A DNA stretch of 54,773 nucleotides from assembly GCA_020052935.1 (NCBI GenBank), contig JAGVOD010000112.1, positions 1 to 54,773 of the forward strand, given 5' to 3'. This document shows positions 8,691-16,517 of the stretch, piece after piece. The stretch comes from an archaeon. GTDB lineage: Archaea > Nanobdellota > Nanobdellia > Woesearchaeales > UBA11576. The position numbers and the translations under genes are program-made. A model generated the notes under the pieces. The model did no database searches, was not told the origin of the DNA, and saw only the letters and a list, made by a program, of their open reading frames with translations. Each line of letters opens with the position of its first letter. The stretch's first letter is position 1.

Positions 8691-9572
8691 TCATTTAAGG
8701 CCGTGCCGCATGAACGTCTGATAGACCTTCCCGTTCGTGAGCCTTTCTTTGAGGTAATGCATCTCGTTCCTGAACTGCGACTTGATGAGTGCGCGAGCCG
8801 CCTTCTCCTTCTTGGAACGGTTTATGAAGGCGCCTTCTTTCCTGACGCTCATCAATGTCTTCAGGAGCAGGTTGTCCTCCTTGCCGACGATAAGGGCTTT
8901 TTCGTCCAGGATATCCTTGAACACAGAATCTATAGTATAGCCTCGCGTGAAAGTAAGGGCCTTGCCAAGCTCAAATGTCGAATGACCGTCAGAGCCGCCA
9001 GTCATGCTCTTGCCGATGCGCGAAGCCCAGTATACTGCCGCGAGGTTGAACTTCCTGAAGTTGAATGAATTCAGGCCTTCTACCAAGTCAAGCCTTTTCT
9101 GCAATCCTTCAGACATGCCTGTCTTCATCACTGAGAAAGGACCTGGAGCGTAAGGATGCGGAGCGCATAACACTGAGCTGTAATCCTCTGCAGCATCAAA
9201 AAGAGCTTTCGGGCTCAGCGTTGTGGAGAACGGATTCTTCATACTTGGCTTTAGCTTCTTGGTGAAAAACTCCTCTAAATCTCCCTTTGAGTAGAAATAT
9301 ACGAGCACGTGATTGCCGTTCCTGCAAGTGACTTCGATGCCTGGTATGATCAGGACGTCCTTTTTCTCCTTGAATGCGGCCTGTACACCCTTGATAGCAT
9401 TGTGGTCTGTGATGGCTAAGCCGATGCCTTTTCTTTTTGCTTTCTTGATGACTGCTGGGATGCGTGAAGATGCGTCCAGAGAATACTGCGTGTGGAAATG
9501 CATGTCCACACCAAGAAAACCTTCTTTAGCGAGCTTCTTTATCGGCGGCCTCTTGAATATTATGCTTCCCAT
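8691..9572 (-). CDS. PHP-domain metal-dependent phosphoesterase
   Basis: GVDMHFHTQYSLDASS and LAITDHNAIKG motifs typical of PHP (polymerase/histidinol phosphatase) domains. Confidence 0.75.
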   Translation of the reverse strand: MGSIIFKRPPIKKLAKEGFLGVDMHFHTQYSLDASSRIPAVIKKAKRKGIGLAITDHNAIKGVQAAFKEKKDVLIIPGIEVTCRNGNHVLVYFYSKGDLEEFFTKKLKPSMKNPFSTTLSPKALFDAAEDYSSVLCAPHPYAPGPFSVMKTGMSEGLQKRLDLVEGLNSFNFRKFNLAAVYWASRIGKSMTGGSDGHSTFELGKALTFTRGYTIDSVFKDILDEKALIVGKEDNLLLKTLMSVRKEGAFINRSKKEKAARALIKSQFRNEMHYLKERLTNGKVYQTFMRHGLK

Positions 9573-9595
9573 CTGGCCGAAAGCTAGATGCGAAT

Positions 9596-9603
9596 TATAT
9601 AAA
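9596..9603 (-). promoter_or_regulatory. TATA box (TTTATATA on minus strand) for the PHP gene
   Basis: The reverse complement of 9596-9603 is TTTATATA, 24-31 nt upstream of the ATG at 9572. Confidence 0.45.
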
Positions 9604-9746
9604 TCTATTTTTCTTACTGGTTAGTGGTTTTGAAATCTGCTTTATCTACACCGAAAAGTTTATAAGATTTCTTTGTTTGGGCTCATAACAGCTCCCAAAG
9701 CCACTTTGGCTGAGCTTTTAATCTAAAAAACAATAAAGGGGGAGAA

Positions 9747-10100
9747 ATGATGAAAAAGGTAAATATAGTACAAAAAGCAGGCAGTTGGGCCTTCATCATC
9801 GGTCTGATCCTCGCGATCATCGCAGGATTCTGGCCGATAGGACCTGTGATAACATCAGTCCTCATAATCTTAGGATTGATCGTGGGATTCCTGAACGTCA
9901 CAGGCAAAGAGACGAACAGCTTCCTGTTCTCAACACTGGTGCTGGTCGTAATGGCAAGCCAGGGCGGACAGCTGCTATCTGCAATACAATTCGTCGGACC
10001 GATGCTACAGAGCATCTTCACCTCTATGATGCTGTTCATAATACCAGCAGCAGTCGTAGTCGCGCTGAAGGCCATCTGGGCACTGGCAGAGACTGAATAA
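9747..10100 (+). CDS. small integral membrane protein (117 aa, about 4 TM), unknown function
   Basis: Hydrophobic ORF preceded by AGGGGGAG. A T-rich tract follows the stop. Confidence 0.6.
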   Translation: MMKKVNIVQKAGSWAFIIGLILAIIAGFWPIGPVITSVLIILGLIVGFLNVTGKETNSFLFSTLVLVVMASQGGQLLSAIQFVGPMLQSIFTSMMLFIIPAAVVVALKAIWALAETE

Positions 10101-10108
10101 GCAGAGAA

Positions 10109-10124
10109 TTTTTTTTAATTTTTT
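10109..10124 (+). terminator. oligo-T tract (T8 AA T6), likely archaeal terminator for the 9747-10100 gene
   Basis: TTTTTTTTAATTTTTT starts 9 nt after the stop codon, in the gap between convergent genes. Confidence 0.4.
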
Positions 10125-10140
10125 ACTTTCTTATTTTTCT

Positions 10141-10794
10141 TTAACGGCTTACACCAACACCGACACGGTTACAGAAATCTCTTATCTGGCATTGGCTGCA
10201 TAATGGGGAGATCGGCTTGCATATGTTCTGGCCCCAGGTGACTAACAGGTCGTTGTAGATGAGCCAGTATTTCCTGGGGAGCTTTGCACGCAGGGCGAAC
10301 TCGGTCTGCTCTGGATTCTTTGTCTTGACATATCCGAGGCGGTTACTTATGCGGTGGACGTGAGTATCAACCGCGACACCGTGCTTCTTGAAGCCTATCG
10401 TGACTACTATGTTGGCTGTCTTTCGTCCTACGCCGTGGAACTTCAACAGTTCATCGATGGTGTCAGGCACTTTTGAGTTGTAGTGCTCTAAGAGCTGCTT
10501 TGAGATGTCACGGATCCTCACTGCTTTTGTCTTGTAGAAACCCACAGGGTAGATGAGCGTCTCTATTCTCTTGACTGGCACAGCTGCGAGCTTCTTCGGA
10601 GTATCAGCCACTTTGAAAAGCCTGAACGAGGCTTTTGCTGTCGTGTCATCCTTGGTCCGGAGACTGAGAATGCAGGAGATAAGGACTCGGAACGGGTCGT
10701 TCCTCAACGCTATCTCGCTGACTATCGGCATGTGGAACTGCTTTATCTCACGCTTCAGAATGGGGATGATCTTGTCGATGTGGACGGGTTTCAT
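10141..10794 (-). CDS. nth: endonuclease III (HhH-GPD DNA glycosylase/AP lyase with 4Fe-4S cluster)
   Basis: HhH motif LLKFHGVGRKTANIVV and C-terminal cluster CKPISPLCSQCQIRDFC. Confidence 0.9.
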   Translation of the reverse strand: MKPVHIDKIIPILKREIKQFHMPIVSEIALRNDPFRVLISCILSLRTKDDTTAKASFRLFKVADTPKKLAAVPVKRIETLIYPVGFYKTKAVRIRDISKQLLEHYNSKVPDTIDELLKFHGVGRKTANIVVTIGFKKHGVAVDTHVHRISNRLGYVKTKNPEQTEFALRAKLPRKYWLIYNDLLVTWGQNICKPISPLCSQCQIRDFCNRVGVGVSR

Positions 10795-10815
10795 ATTGAC
10801 TCCTTAGTTCAGGCC

Positions 10816-10993
10816 GCAAAACCTCCACGCCCTACTTCGCTTTTTCTCGGCCTGGCCTCGAAAAAGCTCTGGTCGCCGCCGAGCCCGCCTAACTATTTTT
10901 TCCGAAGGTAATACGAAAAAATCCAATTATTTCCGTGACTAAAATTGCCGAATTAGCGGGCCAGGTTGGCGGCGACGGTCGTGGAGGTTTTGC
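10816..10993 (+). repeat. scaffold element, subfamily 1, copy 2
   Basis: Terminal helix GCAAAACCTCCACG (10816-10829) / CGTGGAGGTTTTGC (10980-10993). Also CCCTACTTCGC (10830-10840), hairpin GCTTTTTC...GAAAAAGC, GC helices GCCGCC..GCCCGC / GCGGGC..GGCGGC, and the conserved AT-rich core. Confidence 0.75.
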
Positions 10994-11048
10994 TTGTAAC
11001 ATTAATGTTTGTGGCGACGGTCACGATGCTGATTGGGCTTATACTCTT

Positions 11049-11645
11049 TTAACCAGGTATATTCCTCAGCTCTACAACATCATTATCAAAGAGGTTATCA
11101 TCCCTGGCAAAGCCTGAACGCACCTCGAGGACATACTTGGCAAGGCCAGCAGGCTCGTAGACAAGGCACTGCGGCGGGATGCAAGGATCTGCGGATTTCT
11201 CGATATGCGTGATGCGGCTCTTGCCGCTTATCCAGATTATATCTATAGGAAACTTCATGTCTTTCATCCACATGCGCTGCACACCTGGCTTTTCGAAGAC
11301 AAACAGCATGCCTGTGTCAGGAGGCAGAGAGGAATAATTGCCTAGCCCAATCTCCAGCTCATCCTGCGTTGTCGCGATGGTGAGATTCACGCAGACATCA
11401 TGCTTGAAACAAGCCTGAGGAGCGCCTTCAGCTTTCTTCGGAGCCTGGATAAAAGAGACTGCTGTAAGAATGATCATGACAATGATTGTGCCGACAACAA
11501 CCCTTATCGCAGTGCTGTGCTTATTCACCTTCTCCTTGAGACCTTGCTCCTGATTCTCGTCTGGATGCAATTTCTGCCTAAGATGCTCGACGTCCATGGC
11601 AGCCAAGATTACAAGAATATTTATTAATGTTTGGGTAGCCTTCAA
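11049..11645 (-). CDS. DUF192 (COG1430) domain protein with N-terminal membrane anchor
   Basis: GMLFVFEKPGVQRMWMKDMKFPIDIIWIS ... AKYVLEVRSGF matches the DUF192 pattern. The start codon is uncertain (internal Met possible). Confidence 0.7.
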   Translation of the reverse strand: MKATQTLINILVILAAMDVEHLRQKLHPDENQEQGLKEKVNKHSTAIRVVVGTIIVMIILTAVSFIQAPKKAEGAPQACFKHDVCVNLTIATTQDELEIGLGNYSSLPPDTGMLFVFEKPGVQRMWMKDMKFPIDIIWISGKSRITHIEKSADPCIPPQCLVYEPAGLAKYVLEVRSGFARDDNLFDNDVVELRNIPG

Positions 11646-11647
11646 CT

Positions 11648-12355
11648 CTACTTTACTATCCGTTCTAACTCTTGAGGGAGGTTGATAGAATAATCAGCAA
11701 ACCCCTCCTCGCCGCCAGCAGGGTGGCCCCACCTGACGAATATAGTCTTTGCGCCGACGGACCTTGCGCGCTCCAAGTCGCTGATCTTGTCGCCAAGAAC
11801 GTACTTTATTGACCCATGCTTCCTCAGGAGTCTCATGTCTTTGGCTTCATCCGCCCCGAGAACCGGCGGCTGGCCATATATGTAATCAAACTTCACCGGA
11901 ACCTTGGCAATCTCCAGCACGCCGGAAATGATGTCCTGCCTCACTCCAGAGACAATCGCGAGCTTGTAGCCAAGCTTCCTTATCCTCTGCAATTGCCTGA
12001 CGAGCCCCTCTGACACAATGTCCTTGCCGTGCTTCTTAGCAGCCAGGTACATGCCGATCTGGAAAAGGTTGGTGGCAATCTGGTTCTGGCACTGCTCGCC
12101 GCTGAGGCTGATGAAATCCAGGTCGTTCTCCCTGTAGCTGATCACCATGCCCTTGGTAATGCCTGTAAGCCTCTCGACAAACTCCCTGTTGACCTTATAT
12201 AACGATTCAGGGATTGCATGCTCTCCCTTGGTAGGCAGGCCCCTCTTCAGGATACTGGCCCTGAACTTGTTAGCTTCCTCAATCACTTCTGCTTTCACGA
12301 GGGTGCCTGCAAAATCCACCACCACGATGCCACTCACTTCAGCACCCCTGTCCAT
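11648..12355 (-). CDS. HAD-superfamily hydrolase with atypical motif I (DFAGT)
   Basis: Motif I is VVVDFAGTLV, with the second Asp replaced by Ala. Motif IV is GDKISDLERARSVGAKTIFV. Confidence 0.7.
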   Translation of the reverse strand: MDRGAEVSGIVVVDFAGTLVKAEVIEEANKFRASILKRGLPTKGEHAIPESLYKVNREFVERLTGITKGMVISYRENDLDFISLSGEQCQNQIATNLFQIGMYLAAKKHGKDIVSEGLVRQLQRIRKLGYKLAIVSGVRQDIISGVLEIAKVPVKFDYIYGQPPVLGADEAKDMRLLRKHGSIKYVLGDKISDLERARSVGAKTIFVRWGHPAGGEEGFADYSINLPQELERIVK

Positions 12356-12930
12356 ACAAGGACCATGAACACTGCGCCGATGACAGCGCCTGCCAGCAGC
12401 ATTATGATGCCCTGCTTCAGCATGCTATCTCTCGCTATCTTGCCTGCCAATGCCCCGAGCAGGAATATCATCACAGCGACAAGAGTGAGTGAAGCGTAGT
12501 AGGCAGACATTATTGCCAGCATGCCCAATGCCGAAAGGAAGAACGGAGTTATTATGACCAAAGAGACCAGCAGAGGGCTCAAGCCATCAACGATGCCGAT
12601 GATCCAGGCCATCTTCTCGCGCTTCCTCTTGAACGTGGTGTTCGAGAGGTCGTGCATCATGTGGGCTTCCAGTGTGCGTATGGACTTGCGGATCTCAGCG
12701 CGCTCAGCAGAGTACGCGCCCCAGATGCCAGAGACAGACATCGCTACCGCGGCACCGACGCTGGGCAGGATTATCAGCTTCGGGTCCATTATGCCGCTGA
12801 ACAGCTCTGCGAGGACGATGCCTAGAATTGTGAGGGCGCCATCAAAAGAATTGATCAGGACATACCTGCGGACTATCTCATGCTCGATAAGGATCTTCAG
12901 ATAGTCGCGAAGGCGCTTCTCCATGTTCAC
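12334..12930 (-). CDS. VIT1/CCC1-like (DUF125) membrane protein
   Basis: NSFDGALTILGIVLA block, an internal cytosolic helix region and a C-terminal TM bundle resembling the VIT family. This is a moderate-confidence family call. Confidence 0.55.
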   Translation of the reverse strand: MNMEKRLRDYLKILIEHEIVRRYVLINSFDGALTILGIVLAELFSGIMDPKLIILPSVGAAVAMSVSGIWGAYSAERAEIRKSIRTLEAHMMHDLSNTTFKRKREKMAWIIGIVDGLSPLLVSLVIITPFFLSALGMLAIMSAYYASLTLVAVMIFLLGALAGKIARDSMLKQGIIMLLAGAVIGAVFMVLVWTGVLK

Positions 12931-13256
12931 AACTGCTTGACATGCGGTATCTCTAGAGGCGTCAAAGTGCAGGGCTTCTTGCCGATGCAGACCTTATCAA
13001 CAGAATGGATGACCGCGCCAAAATCCTCAACAGTCTTCCTTATGACCTCAAAATTGAGAGCTTCCCCGACAAGGACGACCTTGACAGACTCGGTCTTCTC
13101 ATCCACAGCATAGACAGAGATGTCCGCGCTATCGATGCCGTTGGCTTCGCTTAAACTCTGGCCGAACTCGACTATGTTCGGCTTGTGCGGCTTAAGCACA
13201 TCAAGGACAAGGATACGTATCTTACGATTGATATCTTTCTTTGGCATGAAAAACAC
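12927..13256 (-). CDS. DUF211 (COG1888) archaeal protein
   Basis: IRILVLDVLKPHKPNIVEFGQSLSE ... VIHSVDKV matches the DUF211 pattern. It overlaps the VIT-like gene by 4 nt. Confidence 0.7.
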   Translation of the reverse strand: MFFMPKKDINRKIRILVLDVLKPHKPNIVEFGQSLSEANGIDSADISVYAVDEKTESVKVVLVGEALNFEVIRKTVEDFGAVIHSVDKVCIGKKPCTLTPLEIPHVKQL

Positions 13257-13317
13257 CTCTTTAGAGGCACAAGAATAGAGAGGGATTTTTAAATGTTATG
13301 ATGCGCTGCGCTGACAC

Positions 13318-13542
13318 GGTGGCAGGTTTTGTGCCTGAGCTCGCCTGCCTTGCAGGCTCGCTGGCGCCAGCTCGCGCCGCGTTGTCGTTGACGCGGACAT
13401 GGTTCCCCCCGGATGTCACACAAATCCCAGGGATTTGTGGGAACTCACGAATGCCAGGCATTCGAGAGTGGGCATCCCCCACCATGCCTGACAGTTTGAC
13501 GAAAGGCGCTCGCGACATTGGCGCCACCGGCACAAAACCCAC
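13318..13542. repeat. scaffold element, GC-rich subfamily 2 (copy c)
   Basis: Terminal helix GGTTTTGTGCC (13325-13335) / GGCACAAAACC (13529-13539). Side hairpin GCCTGC-CTT-GCAGGC. Inner helix GGCGCC/GGCGCC. The cargo is full of perfect triloop hairpins (CACAAATCC-CAG-GGATTTGTG, GGCAT..ATGCC). It abuts the stop codon of the gene at 13543. Confidence 0.65.
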
Positions 13543-14355
13543 TTAACCCGATGCGTCAAGCGTGTCCAGATACTGCCTGACCTGCCGCAGCCTTTCCAAA
13601 GGCTCTCTTGCGCCAGTTATATAGGAGCCTATGACAAGATTATCTGCGCCAGCCGCCACTATCTCAGGGATTGTCTTCTCATTGACACAGCCATCCACCT
13701 GGATTCTAATGCACTTATGGATACTCCTCACCGCCCTTATCTTTTCCGTGACTTCAGGCATGTATCGCTGGCCGTCACTGCCAGAGGAGACACCCATCAA
13801 AAGAATAGCGTCTGCGAAAGAGCCCAAGTCATCAGGAAGGTCAGCAAAGGAGGTGCGCGGCTCAAGAGCAAGCCCTGCCCTGAAACCACTCATCTTGATA
13901 TCCCGAAGCAATGACAGCACCTGCCTGCTGCACGCTTTGTCTGCTGCGCGCAGCTCTGCATCAAGCAAAGGATTGCCGGTGCTTACTGAAGAGAGGTCAT
14001 ATTCTTTGTTGTCATAAGGCCGCGACACCCAGTCCCTGTAAGCCTCCCTGTGGACAGTCACCTGTATCCTATGCCTATCCTCTTGCTTTGTAATCCTCTC
14101 AAGAACTGAAAAAGGCTCCTCAGGAGAGGCATCCATGAGATGGAAGTCCAGGTTTGCTACGCTGCCGAGCATATCCAGCAAATGGCCGAAATAACAATCC
14201 GGAAAAACGCTCTTACCACTTATAAAAGGCTCACGCATGGAATCGATGTGGACCCAGCCTAACCCTGCTGAGGCAAGCTCCTTGATCAGAGGAACATGAC
14301 TCTTGATTACGGGCCCGTACTCGAGGATCGATAAAGCGATTTCTACCTTGCGCAT
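13543..14355 (-). CDS. divergent ribulose-phosphate 3-epimerase-like TIM-barrel protein
   Basis: IALSILEYGP..AGLGWVHIDSM and IQVDGCVNEKTIPEIVAAGADNLVIGSYI resemble RPE N- and C-terminal blocks, but the catalytic region is divergent. Confidence 0.5.
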   Translation of the reverse strand: MRKVEIALSILEYGPVIKSHVPLIKELASAGLGWVHIDSMREPFISGKSVFPDCYFGHLLDMLGSVANLDFHLMDASPEEPFSVLERITKQEDRHRIQVTVHREAYRDWVSRPYDNKEYDLSSVSTGNPLLDAELRAADKACSRQVLSLLRDIKMSGFRAGLALEPRTSFADLPDDLGSFADAILLMGVSSGSDGQRYMPEVTEKIRAVRSIHKCIRIQVDGCVNEKTIPEIVAAGADNLVIGSYITGAREPLERLRQVRQYLDTLDASG

Positions 14356-14440
14356 GCAGCGGGTAAAGATGAACTGATATTAAAATATGTGGCGTAAAAA
14401 TCGCGAGGTTTAAAAACAAATGGGGATAAGTATGTAAAAA

Positions 14441-15461
14441 ATGAATAGAGACAGGGAAACCATGGCTGAAGTATATTACTACAAAGATGCAGAGACCATG
14501 TTTCTTGCTAAATTGGAATCAGAGATTAAGAATACGTTTACCGGCTGTAAGAAGATAGCGGTCAAGCTACACTTCGGAGAGCCAGGCAACAAGACAGCAT
14601 TCAAGCCAGAAGACATAGCGCCGATTGCTGCCGTATTGAAGAAGCTCGGCATTGAGTTCTTTCTTTATGACACTTCGGTATCGTATGACAGCCCGAGAAA
14701 CAACACCGAAGGCTACAAACATGTGGCGCTGGAAAAAGGCTGGGGAAAGATCGGCGAAGTGGTGATTGATGGGGGCTTTGTCAAAGTCAAGATGAAGAAC
14801 CTCACTCACGAAGTCGGCAAGCCGCTGGCTGACGCTGATGGCGTGCTTGTTGTGAGCCACTTCAAAGGCCATGTCTGCTGTGGGTTCGGCGGAGCCATAA
14901 AGAACCTTGGCATGGGCGCATTGTCACCTAAATCAAAGCAGGCCATACATGATGGCGGAAGGGTGAAATCATGATGGCGGAAGGGTGAAATACGTCGGCG
15001 GCTGCACGCAATGCAAAACCTGCGAAAAGGTCTGCCCGCTCAACGGCATAAAAGTCACAGACAAGCCCGAGTTCAACCTATGCTACGGCTGCTCGAACTG
15101 CGCCTACTTCTGCCCTGCAGGCGCGATAAAGCCGAATCTCGAATACTTCGACGTACTGCTCGCAGAAGGCGCGGGTGCTGCGCAGAGCAAGTTCAAGAGA
15201 CAGTATTATGTGACTTTCCTGAAGAATATAACCAAGGAATGCGATTGCGAATCAGACCCTAAAGGGATAATAGCTAAGGACAAAGGCGTGCTGCTGAGCA
15301 ATGACATCGTCGCCATAGACAAGGCTGCGTATGATGTCATAACGTCCAAAGGCACGGATGATGTATTCCTCAAGCACAACAAGAAGACAGGGCTTGAACA
15401 CGTGAAGGCTGCTGAGAAGATGGGGATGGGAAAATCAGCGTATATTCTTGTAGAGGGGTGA
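14441..15461 (+). pseudogene. DUF362/COG2768-type Fe-S protein gene split into two ORFs (14441-14974, 14985-15461) by a 22-bp tandem duplication
   Basis: The upstream ORF has KLHFGEPGN..LYDTSVSY..SHFKGHVCCGFGGAIKNLGMG. The downstream ORF has CTQCKTCEKVCP and CSNCAYFCP ferredoxin motifs. Deleting one 22-bp copy fuses them in frame (..AIHDGGRVKYVGGCTQC..). Confidence 0.6.
14948..14991 (+). repeat. perfect 22-bp tandem duplication CATGATGGCGGAAGGGTGAAAT x2
   Basis: 14948-14969 and 14970-14991 are identical. The length is not a multiple of 3. Confidence 0.95.
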
Positions 15462-15463
15462 GC

Positions 15464-16009
15464 ATGGCGAAGAAGAAACTATTGCTGCACACCTGCTGCG
15501 CGCCATGCAGCACGCACTGCGTCAAGGAACTGCTTGATGATTATGATGTGACTATGTATTTCTACAACCCCAACATACACCCATACGCAGAGTATGACAA
15601 GCGGCTGGAGAACGCGCTGAAAGTCGGCAAGGAGCTCGGTGTGCCTGTAATAGAAGCAGAGTACGACCCCGAAAGATGGGTGGAGCTCATCGCCGGATTC
15701 GAGGAAGAGCCAGAAGGCGGCAAACGATGCAGGATATGCTTCTCGATGAGGCTCGCCAGGACAGCGGAGTATGCTGCTGCGAATGGGTTTGATGCTTTTA
15801 CGACAACAATGACAATATCGCCGCATAAGGACGAGAAGACAATCAATGAGATTGGTGCAGAGCTTGCGAAGAAGCACAAAGTCGCGTGGGTGCATTCAGA
15901 CTTCAAGAAGAAAGACGGCTTCAAGAAATCAGGCGAGATTAGCAAGAAGATGGGATTGTACAGGCAGAATTATTGCGGGTGCTTCTATTCGGTGAGGACT
16001 GAACAATAG
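15464..16009 (+). CDS. queH: epoxyqueuosine reductase QueH (DUF208)
   Basis: LLLHTCCAPCS, YFYNPNIHP, RCRICFSMRL, FTTTMTISPHK and LYRQNYCGCFYS blocks. ATG 15464 lies 6 nt after GAGGGG. The track ORF starts at GTG 15458. Confidence 0.85.
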   Translation: MAKKKLLLHTCCAPCSTHCVKELLDDYDVTMYFYNPNIHPYAEYDKRLENALKVGKELGVPVIEAEYDPERWVELIAGFEEEPEGGKRCRICFSMRLARTAEYAAANGFDAFTTTMTISPHKDEKTINEIGAELAKKHKVAWVHSDFKKKDGFKKSGEISKKMGLYRQNYCGCFYSVRTEQ

Positions 16010-16064
16010 TCTCTGAAAAATCATGTTTTCTCGTCGGAAATCTTCCGGATTTTTGTAGGAAAGA

Positions 16065-16072
16065 TTTATTAA
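16065..16072 (+). promoter_or_regulatory. TATA-like box within shared promoter 14-mer AAGATTTATTAAGC
   Basis: TTTATTAA lies 24-31 nt upstream of ATG 16096. The identical 14-mer AAGATTTATTAAGC recurs at 18771-18784. Confidence 0.4.
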
Positions 16073-16095
16073 GCAGGAAAACATATTCTTATTTC

Positions 16096-16212
16096 ATGGA
16101 ATCCAAAACCAAGTTTGTGGGATTCATAACAGACCCGGCAGACCCCATAACACTACTGTTATACGCAGCAGTATTTGTGCTGGCCATAGTCTGGATGATC
16201 AAGGGAATATGA
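16096..16212 (+). CDS. possible 38-aa hydrophobic micro-protein (below the ORF-track cutoff)
   Basis: MESKTKFVGFITDPADPITLLLYAAVFVLAIVWMIKGI. It has leaderless spacing from the TATA-like box, and its stop overlaps the next start (ATATGATG). Confidence 0.3.
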   Translation: MESKTKFVGFITDPADPITLLLYAAVFVLAIVWMIKGI

Positions 16213-16517
16213 TGAGAAAGGAAACAACAGACTGGATGGTGGCAGTAAGCAAGATACTGTCATGGATACTCTCAATAATCGCAATATACTGGATATTGCT
16301 GAAGCTGACCAACCATAGCCCAACTACTGACCAAATCATGCTTGCTGTCCTAGGGATAATCGCGACAGGCATCTTTGCGATCATAGGCATCCTCATCAAG
16401 ATGACAGGAGACATTACCGACATCAAGGCTGATCTCCGGAATCACACAAGAGAGTGCGACAGAAGGTTCTATACGTTGGCAAGGGATTTCAAGAGGCACG
16501 CGGAGAAGGGCGGATAA
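16209..16517 (+). CDS. small membrane protein (102 aa, 2 TM), unknown function
   Basis: Two hydrophobic helices followed by a charged tail. It is coupled to the upstream micro-ORF. Confidence 0.5.
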   Translation: MMRKETTDWMVAVSKILSWILSIIAIYWILLKLTNHSPTTDQIMLAVLGIIATGIFAIIGILIKMTGDITDIKADLRNHTRECDRRFYTLARDFKRHAEKGG

